A stretch of DNA of 64,000 nucleotides from an uncultured bacterium (GTDB taxonomy: Bacteria; Oederibacteriota; PGYV01; CAWJRG01). Shown in pieces: positions 40,410 through 47,569 of this stretch. The notes beneath the pieces are model-generated. The model searched no databases. It had not been told where the DNA came from and saw only the letters and a list, made by a program, of their open reading frames with translations. The number at the start of each line of letters is the position of its first letter. The stretch's first letter is position 1. Where the stretch lies: NCBI GenBank assembly GCA_963845185.1, contig CAWJRG010000005.1, forward strand, positions 512,001 through 576,000. Direction: 5' to 3'. Position numbers and translations under genes: made by a program.

Positions 40410-41603
40410 TCATTTGTTTTTCATCATGGACTTTATAGCCATACCCATCCTTTTTATCCCCTTTTCTATCATGTCAGGCTCTGCATTGGAATAGTTAAGG
40501 CGCAGAGTGCTGACGCCTTTAATCCCGGTATAAAAAGGCTCTCCCGGGACAAAAGCCACTTTCTTTTTCAGCGCCGGCTTAAGCAGGTCCATAGCCTTTA
40601 TCTTTTGAGGTAAAGTAACCCATATGAACATGCTTCCCTGAGGCTTTGTGTATCCTGTACCTTCCGGAAAGTATTTCTCTATGCTTTTTTGCATTGCTCC
40701 GGCATGAATGCCGTAAACCCGCTTTAGTTTTTCTATGTGGTCATCAATATTGTTCTTCTTAAGATATTGGTATACTATGCGCTGTGCAAAATAATTAGTG
40801 TGCAGGTCAGCTGCTTGTTTCACTGTTATGAGCCTTTCCATGATAGTTTTGGGCGCAAATACCCAGCCCAGCCTGAGCCCGGGCGCCACTATTTTCGAAA
40901 ACGACCCAAACATGACTCCGTTATCCCCTGCGAATTTTTTAACAGCAGGCAGGTCTTTGCCTTTAAATCTCAGTTCCGCGTACGGGTCGTCTTCGACAAA
41001 CAGGACATTATATTTTTTGCACAGTCCCGCGGCAGCGCGCCTGGTTTCCGTATCGTATGAAATACCAGATGGGTTCTGGAAATTGGGCACAGCATAAAAA
41101 AGTTTGGGCCTGTATTTTTTAAATACCCTTTCCAACTCTGTTATATCGATACCGCCTGAGCTGAACGGTACGGCATGGAACACAGGCTCGAAAACAGACA
41201 TGGCCTGTATAGCCCCGAGATATCCCGGCTTTTCTATGGCAACATGGTCACCTTTGTCTATATATATTTTGGACAGCAGGTCCATGGCCTGCTGCGAACC
41301 GCTGGTGATAAGTATATCATCCGGCCCTGCCTTTATTTGCTTTTTCGATACATATCTGTCCGCTATCCACTTGCGAAGGTGGTAGTATCCTTCTGTTGTA
41401 CTATATTGCATGGAGCGAGTGCCGTCCTGCTCCAATACCTCGTTGCACGCAGCCTCCAATTCCCTTACCGGTATCATTTTAATATTGGGCAAACCTCCGG
41501 CAAAAGATATAATACTGCTGTCAGTCGTCACTTTAAGTATCTCCCTTATAAACGACCTGGGCACCTTCTTCATTCTTGAAGCGAATTTATATTTCATCTG
41601 CAC
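40410..41603 (-). CDS. PLP-dependent class I/II aminotransferase (LysN/ARO8-like)
   Basis: ISFAGGLP, FQNPSG, EDDPY, SFSKIVAPGLRLGW. Confidence 0.92.
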   Translation of the reverse strand: MQMKYKFASRMKKVPRSFIREILKVTTDSSIISFAGGLPNIKMIPVRELEAACNEVLEQDGTRSMQYSTTEGYYHLRKWIADRYVSKKQIKAGPDDILITSGSQQAMDLLSKIYIDKGDHVAIEKPGYLGAIQAMSVFEPVFHAVPFSSGGIDITELERVFKKYRPKLFYAVPNFQNPSGISYDTETRRAAAGLCKKYNVLFVEDDPYAELRFKGKDLPAVKKFAGDNGVMFGSFSKIVAPGLRLGWVFAPKTIMERLITVKQAADLHTNYFAQRIVYQYLKKNNIDDHIEKLKRVYGIHAGAMQKSIEKYFPEGTGYTKPQGSMFIWVTLPQKIKAMDLLKPALKKKVAFVPGEPFYTGIKGVSTLRLNYSNAEPDMIEKGIKRMGMAIKSMMKNK

Positions 41604-41634
41604 ACACCTTCCTCAATTTTGTAAACATCCCACA

Positions 41635-41662
41635 ATTATACGGCATACGTCGTGCACGTCAA
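41635..41662 (-). promoter_or_regulatory. sigma70-type promoter
   Basis: TTGACG-N16-TATAAT. Confidence 0.55.
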
Positions 41663-41673
41663 TAGTACATGGT

Positions 41674-42468
41674 TTATATCCCCAAATACTGCATATCTTC
41701 TGTAGTTGCCTTTCTTGATTTTATTATTTTCTGAACTTCATCCGGTAAAAGATTTATGAAATGCAGGCCCGTAAGGCCTTCTATCTCTTCAATGGTCGTT
41801 GTATAATCGCCGAGCTGCCTGTATTGTGCCTTGTTTTCGAATAAAAACGCAATTGCTTTCATTTGCATGTCAGCGCTTTGATAAATTATTATCTTGTAAA
41901 AATGCGTAGGCACATACACGTTGTTCGAGCCTATTTTTATCATCTTATAAGGCTTGCCTTTTTTGTCTTTTTCCTTGAATATCGGGCCTGCTATTATCCA
42001 TGCAGTCCCGTTTTTCTTTACGAAATTCCTTACAATATCCTCAAGCTGTTTCCATTTTCCCCTTTTTAACTCAGGTCTCATCGGGCATACATTTGACAAA
42101 TAACAGCTTTCTTTCAGTGTTTTCTTGTTCCTGAGCATATCCTGTACCGGCGCCATATTTGCCCTGTCATACGCCGTGCCTTCATAATCATGCGGTTCTG
42201 CTTTTTCCCCGGATTTTAGGTCAGGGTCTGATTTGTAATCCCTTTTCATCGATACTGATTTTTTCAGGTCTTCGTCTGTCAGGCAGTAAGAAACCCATAC
42301 TGGGACTTTCTTTGTATTGTTGTGCAGTACGGCATATCCCGAGCGTATGAACAGGGTTCCAATTTTGCCGGGATACCCAAAATGCACATGCGGATTTTTA
42401 TTAAGCTGGTCAGCGCAAATACTGCAGCCAATCAGTATCAACGCTGTAATAATTAAATTTTTCTTCAT
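41674..42468 (-). CDS. Exported DNA/RNA non-specific endonuclease (NucA/EndoG) homolog with degenerate active site
   Basis: PVWVSY, DY...YDRANMAP, LSNVCP, W..LE, AGP, VPTHFYKII. Confidence 0.85.
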   Translation of the reverse strand: MKKNLIITALILIGCSICADQLNKNPHVHFGYPGKIGTLFIRSGYAVLHNNTKKVPVWVSYCLTDEDLKKSVSMKRDYKSDPDLKSGEKAEPHDYEGTAYDRANMAPVQDMLRNKKTLKESCYLSNVCPMRPELKRGKWKQLEDIVRNFVKKNGTAWIIAGPIFKEKDKKGKPYKMIKIGSNNVYVPTHFYKIIIYQSADMQMKAIAFLFENKAQYRQLGDYTTTIEEIEGLTGLHFINLLPDEVQKIIKSRKATTEDMQYLGI

Positions 42469-42522
42469 TCACCCTCCATTATTTTTTCACGCCGCACATA
42501 TCATGTCCCACCCGGCACGTTC

Positions 42523-43161
42523 TTATCTTACGTAGTTTACTGTATTTTCTCTTCTGGGCTGCGGCTGCGGGTTCTCATCTTTATATCCGAGAGCAAAAGT
42601 ATATATCGGCTTATATCCGTCCGGTATTCCCAGTTCCTTAATCAATTCCTTGCCCTGGTCTCCATCAAAAAGCGGCATGTTCATCTGCTCCCAGCCTGCT
42701 CCAAGCCCAAGCGACTCTGCTGCAATTAACATGTTTTCAACTGCCGCTGCGCAGTCTACAGGTGCGTACTGCATGTTTTCCTCTGCAGAAACCACTATTC
42801 CTGTCGGCGCGCCGTAAAATATCCTGAATTTCGGGTTTTTTGACGCAGGCCCTTTGCCGCTTTTCTTTGCAAGCGAAATGAACATATCCGTCATTTTATC
42901 CAGAATTTTTTTGTCCTGTATGACCGTTATATGCCATGTCTGCTTGTTCATTCCGCTTGGCGCGTATAGCCCTGCCTCGATTACGGCCTGTAAATCCGCC
43001 TCCTTAACCTGGTCGGTTTTAAAAGCCCTTATGCTCCTGCGTGTTTTTATTACTTTCAAAGTTTCGTTCGTGGAAATTGCCTTGCTGTTTTCAGTCTCTG
43101 CCAAAACTACTGCTGATAAAACAAAAATAAGACAAAAAATTAAAGTAATAAATTTTTTCAT
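42523..43161 (-). CDS. Nitroreductase family protein with signal peptide
   Basis: RRSIRAF, APSGMNKQ, ENMLIAAESLGLG, LGY. Confidence 0.9.
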   Translation of the reverse strand: MKKFITLIFCLIFVLSAVVLAETENSKAISTNETLKVIKTRRSIRAFKTDQVKEADLQAVIEAGLYAPSGMNKQTWHITVIQDKKILDKMTDMFISLAKKSGKGPASKNPKFRIFYGAPTGIVVSAEENMQYAPVDCAAAVENMLIAAESLGLGAGWEQMNMPLFDGDQGKELIKELGIPDGYKPIYTFALGYKDENPQPQPRRENTVNYVR

Positions 43162-43223
43162 CTTTTCCTTACCTCCATTAATAGTTTTTAATTGAAAATT
43201 GATAACTCTTAATTGACAATTTT

Positions 43224-44057
43224 TTACATCTTTTCCTTTATTTCCATATACATCACTTCAATAAGGGACGGAAAAGGCGGCCTGCCAGGCGGTGTCGGCA
43301 TTGCCTGAACATTGAATTCTGTCTTTACTTCTTCCACACTTTTCCTCGCTTTTATCATATCCTTTATTTTCTTTTGCCTTGATTCTATCGAAGCTGCGAG
43401 ATTTTTAATGTCATTCTTCGTTACGAATTCGCAGTGCCCGAAAATAAAAGTGTCTGCTCCGAGTTTTAATATTTCCTTCATGTTCTTAACAAGCCCAAAA
43501 GACGAGCCGTTCTTCTGCCTGTGCACCAGCGGGTCACGGCCTATGAAAACAAGGTCTCCGCCGAACATTATTTTTTCAGCAGGAAAGTAAACCACTACAT
43601 CGCCGCTTGTATGACCCGGCCCGAAATGCAAAAGCCTGATTTTTTCGCCGTCAACATTAAGCTCAAGCTTTTTATCGAATGTTTTTGTCGGAATGTATTC
43701 CTTAAGTACTCCCATCTCCGGGGCGCTGAAAGCTTTTTCCATGTCTAATTTCGTGTTCGGATGCGAAATTATTTCCATGCCTTTGGGGAAAGCGCTCAAA
43801 CCGTTCACATGGTCAAGGTCACCGTGTGTAATTATCATGCGTGTTATTGGCAGCGTTGTCAGTTTTTCTATCTCCTCTACCACTTTTGCCCCGAATTCAG
43901 GCGTCATCTTTGCGTCGATTACTATTACTGATTTTTTGCCAATGTAAAAACCAACATTCGCTCCGAGTCCGCCTTTGATGAGATAAATGTTCTCTTTTAC
44001 GTTTTTTACTTCCACAGGCTGCGGTTGCGGCATCTGCCATTTCTGTTGTTCTGCCAT
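43224..44057 (-). CDS. MBL-fold metallo-hydrolase (cyclase-like)
   Basis: THGDLDHVNG, GHTSGD, GDL, GH. Confidence 0.88.
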   Translation of the reverse strand: MAEQQKWQMPQPQPVEVKNVKENIYLIKGGLGANVGFYIGKKSVIVIDAKMTPEFGAKVVEEIEKLTTLPITRMIITHGDLDHVNGLSAFPKGMEIISHPNTKLDMEKAFSAPEMGVLKEYIPTKTFDKKLELNVDGEKIRLLHFGPGHTSGDVVVYFPAEKIMFGGDLVFIGRDPLVHRQKNGSSFGLVKNMKEILKLGADTFIFGHCEFVTKNDIKNLAASIESRQKKIKDMIKARKSVEEVKTEFNVQAMPTPPGRPPFPSLIEVMYMEIKEKM

Positions 44058-44159
44058 GTTAAACACCTCTATTTTGAATATTCGATGTTAAATATTATCC
44101 AGCAGGGCGCTAAAAAAATCAAGACCCTGTTTTTTTCGCAACAGTTCCATTTAAATAAA

Positions 44160-44193
44160 AAAAAAGACGCCATGATTAAGCGTCCTTTTTTAT
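44160..44193. terminator. Intrinsic terminator, possibly bidirectional
   Basis: A-run, GACGC/GCGTC stem, T-run. Confidence 0.6.
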
Positions 44194-44215
44194 TTTTTAA
44201 CCATCTTTAAACTCT

Positions 44216-44566
44216 TTATTTTTGCTCAGGCTTTCCTGCTTTTTCCTCGGAAGGCGCTCCTGATTTTTCTTTTTCATTGCCCGGCATCATCCATTGCTTT
44301 TGTCCGCCCGGCCCGCAGCCCGGCATCATTGACTGTTTATCCCAACCCTGGTGCCAGCCTCCCATCATCATGTGACCGCGGTTCCCGTGCCTTGCTATAC
44401 CGCCGATAAGGACCAATCCTGCCATGACAAACAGTATTATTGCCAGTACTTTGCCGAAAGATGAAATTCCTCCCGGAGTGTTTGACTGTGATGCGCTCCA
44501 TAGCGCTAAGTATCCAAAAAAAACAATAATTACTGCACCTGCTATTGGAAATATCATCATAAACAT
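44216..44566 (-). CDS. Small two-TM membrane protein with Met/Gly/His-rich tail
   Basis: GGAGGTG RBS; two hydrophobic helices. Confidence 0.7.
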   Translation of the reverse strand: MFMMIFPIAGAVIIVFFGYLALWSASQSNTPGGISSFGKVLAIILFVMAGLVLIGGIARHGNRGHMMMGGWHQGWDKQSMMPGCGPGGQKQWMMPGNEKEKSGAPSEEKAGKPEQK

Positions 44567-44600
44567 ACTTTCTCACCTCCTTTTTTGTTTTACATGAATA

Positions 44601-44629
44601 TTAGACGCTTATCATGGAGGCAGAGTTCC
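44601..44629 (-). promoter_or_regulatory. ECF sigma (RpoE-like) promoter
   Basis: GGAACT-N17-GTCTAA, 35 nt upstream of the ATG. Confidence 0.6.
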
Positions 44630-44689
44630 GTCCTGCTTGCATTGTTTTACCTTTTATAAGGATTTCGCATCAAGCCTAAAATCCATATT

Positions 44690-45568
44690 TCATAACGTTT
44701 TTGCAGGCCATTTTACCTTTTTTACCCAGTGTTCAAAATTCATAGGCCTTATGCCGTACTTTTTAGCCAGGCCGGGTATATCCACATTGTAACCGGTCTT
44801 ATCAATCCACTCTATCATTTTAGCAAAGTCAGGCATTGCCTTGCGCATTTCCTCAAAAGGCACGGGTATGGCATTTATCTGCTTCCCCAGCGTTTTTGAA
44901 AGTACCTGTGCCATTTCTGTTACTGTCAACTCGTCTCCGGCAATGTCGATTTCTTCTTTGTTCAGCCCGCCAGGTTGTTCAAAAGCTATGACCCCGAACC
45001 TGCCTATGTCTTCAACAGCTATTATCTGCTGTTTAGCGTCTGGCCTCAGCCCCATAATTAGACTGCCTTTCACAATAGCCGGCCATGTTCTAGGGTTCAG
45101 TATATTTTCCATGAATGACACAGGACGGATTATTGTGTAAAAAGGAAATCCCATATTCCTTACCTTCTCCTCAGTGTGCCATTTGCTTTCAAAATGGGGT
45201 ATCCCTGTATTTTTATTCGCCGAGGCTACCGAACTGTACACAAAATGCTCAACACCGGCTTTTTTTGCAGCTTCTGCGAACTTGATTCCCTGCTCTTCTT
45301 CCCATTGCACGCTTGTTCCAGCCATTGTGAACACAGCAAACACCCCCCATATGCCCTCAAGTGCCTTGCTGATTGCGTCAGTGTCGCCAATATCCGCCTG
45401 CACGATTTGCGCTCCGAGTTTTGAGAGATTTTTTGCTGCTTCCGAATCAGGCTTGCGTGTCACTGCCTTTACGTTGAATCCTTTCTTGAGCAACTGCCTG
45501 GCGACTGCCCCGCCCTGGTTTCCCGTCGAACCCAATACAAGTACTGTTTTTTCATTTTGCTTTGCCAT
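44690..45568 (-). CDS. NmrA/HSCARG family NAD(P)-binding protein
   Basis: GSTGNQGG, HFVYSS, PHFESK, RP..FMEN. Confidence 0.92.
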   Translation of the reverse strand: MAKQNEKTVLVLGSTGNQGGAVARQLLKKGFNVKAVTRKPDSEAAKNLSKLGAQIVQADIGDTDAISKALEGIWGVFAVFTMAGTSVQWEEEQGIKFAEAAKKAGVEHFVYSSVASANKNTGIPHFESKWHTEEKVRNMGFPFYTIIRPVSFMENILNPRTWPAIVKGSLIMGLRPDAKQQIIAVEDIGRFGVIAFEQPGGLNKEEIDIAGDELTVTEMAQVLSKTLGKQINAIPVPFEEMRKAMPDFAKMIEWIDKTGYNVDIPGLAKKYGIRPMNFEHWVKKVKWPAKTL

Positions 45569-45723
45569 GATTTACCTCCTTGCAATAAATTTTTACATTA
45601 TCCGGTCTCTTTTCTAAAGAATAGATTATTTCCATTAATCTTAACATGGCATCTTTCTTAATTTTTTTGACTTATATCCGACTCTGTTTTATGCTATATT
45701 ATTGAAATAAGAAAGGACATACT

Positions 45724-46465
45724 ATGATTGAAATAAAAAATTTGCATGTAGAGGTTTACGGCAGGGAAATCCTGAATGGCATAAATATTACCATACCCGA
45801 CGGCGAAACCCACATACTTTTCGGGCCAAACGGCTCGGGCAAGACCTCCCTGCTCATGACCATAATGGGCTACCCTCAGTACAAAATCATAAAAGGCTCA
45901 ATCAAATTTAACTCAATCGAACTGAACGCTTTACCCGTAGACGCGAGGTTCCAAGTCAGGCATAGGCCTGTTTTTCCAGCGGCCGCCTGCAATAAAGGGC
46001 ATAAAGCTTTCCCAGATGATTGAAATCATAAAAACAGCCAGCGGAATCAAGATAGATTCCGCGGTCGCGGCAAAGGCCCTGAACCTGGGCCCGCTCATGG
46101 ACCGTGACATTAACTCCGGCTTCTCAGGCGGCGAGATAAAGCGCTCCGAGATGTTCCAGCTTTTCGCGCAGAAACCCATGTTCTTAATGCTCGACGAGCC
46201 GGAATCAGGCGTGGATGTGGAAAATATGAAGCTTTTAGGTGGCAAAATAAAACAGCTGCTCGAGCGCGACCTTGATAAAAAACAACGATCAAAAAGCGCC
46301 CTCATAATCACGCATACAGGTTTTATAATGGATTATGTCGACGCAGATGCCGGCTATACCATGCTCGAAGGCAGCATCAAGTGCAGGCATGACGCGAGGA
46401 AATTATTCGAGGATATACAGAAATACGGCTTCAGGGAGTGCGGCGTATGCAAAGACACAGCATAG
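45724..46465 (+). pseudogene. sufC: SufC/SmsC Fe-S assembly ATPase with a +1 frameshift near 45949
   Basis: GPNGSGKT in the first ORF; FSGGE, LDEPESGVD, ITH and C-terminal CGVC in the second; AGG TTCC AAG has an extra T. Confidence 0.85.
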
Positions 46466-47556
46466 AAGTTGATGAAAAAGACACGGCAAAGATAGAAAGG
46501 GCTGGTATAAATCTTGACGAGCAGGGCCGGGCAGGCTCATTTGTCATGTCAAATAGCAGGGTCACGCACGTTTCCATGAAACAGGAAGGCGTGGAAATGA
46601 TGCCCATCCAGGATGCCATGAAAAAATACCCTGAGTATGCCGATAAATTATGGACCATAGTCAATAAAGACAAGGATGAATTTACAAAAGACGCATATGC
46701 CGACACCCAGTCAGGCTATTTTATCCGTGTAAAAGCAGGCGTGAAAGCTTTCATGCCCTTTCAGGCATGCTTTTTTGTCAAGCAGGATAAGTTCAAGCAG
46801 AAAGTCCACAACTTCATAATACTCGAGGAAGCTTCTTCCCTCCATATAATAAACGGCTGCGCTGCCGCGTCATATCTCGCCGAAGGCTCGCACATTGGCG
46901 TGACTGAAATGTTTGTCGGCAAAAACGCGCGCCTGATGTACACCATGATACACGACTGGGCAAAAAACGTGGAAGTAAGGCCCAGGTCAGCGATAAAAGT
47001 GGAAGAAGGCGGCACTTACATATCAAACTACATAGCCTTAAGGGACACTAAAATCACACAGATGTTTCCCACTGCCGAGCTTGCAGGCCGCGGCGCAGTG
47101 GCAAAGTTTAATACACTTGTTTTAGCGCCGGAAGGCTCGGTTTACGACCTTGGGTCAAGGGTCCTGCTCAATGCCGAGGACACCAGGGCCGAAGTAATCA
47201 GCCGCTCCATTTCAGCCGGCGGGGACGTTTATGCGCGCGGCAAGCTCGAGGGCAACTCGCCAAAAATATTCGCGCACCTGGAATGCGACGGGCTCATGTT
47301 AAAAGATAAAGGAATTATTTCAGCCATACCCGAGCTTTCGACAAAATATGCGGATGTTAATATGTCCCACGAAGCGGCAATCGGCAAAATAGACGAGGAG
47401 CAGATTTTATATTTGATGTCCCGTGGCATATCAAAGTCAGAGGCCATATCAGCCATAGTGAGCGGCTTTATGGATGTGAAAATCTTCGGTCTGCCAACCG
47501 CCCTGGAAGAAGAAATAAAAAAAACAATTAAAAACCTCGAGGCCGGCTCGCTGTAG
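46447..47556 (+). CDS. sufB: SufB/SufD family (SmsB-like) Fe-S scaffold
   Basis: QKVHN, GC, VRPR, HLECDGL, HEAAIGKI...YLMSRG. Confidence 0.9.
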   Translation: MQRHSIEVDEKDTAKIERAGINLDEQGRAGSFVMSNSRVTHVSMKQEGVEMMPIQDAMKKYPEYADKLWTIVNKDKDEFTKDAYADTQSGYFIRVKAGVKAFMPFQACFFVKQDKFKQKVHNFIILEEASSLHIINGCAAASYLAEGSHIGVTEMFVGKNARLMYTMIHDWAKNVEVRPRSAIKVEEGGTYISNYIALRDTKITQMFPTAELAGRGAVAKFNTLVLAPEGSVYDLGSRVLLNAEDTRAEVISRSISAGGDVYARGKLEGNSPKIFAHLECDGLMLKDKGIISAIPELSTKYADVNMSHEAAIGKIDEEQILYLMSRGISKSEAISAIVSGFMDVKIFGLPTALEEEIKKTIKNLEAGSL

Positions 47557-47569
47557 CCGGTAAAATTTC

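Noticed and set aside
45940..45960. Programmed ribosomal frameshift in sufC
   Set aside because: No slippery heptamer or stimulatory structure; a single-base indel explains it.
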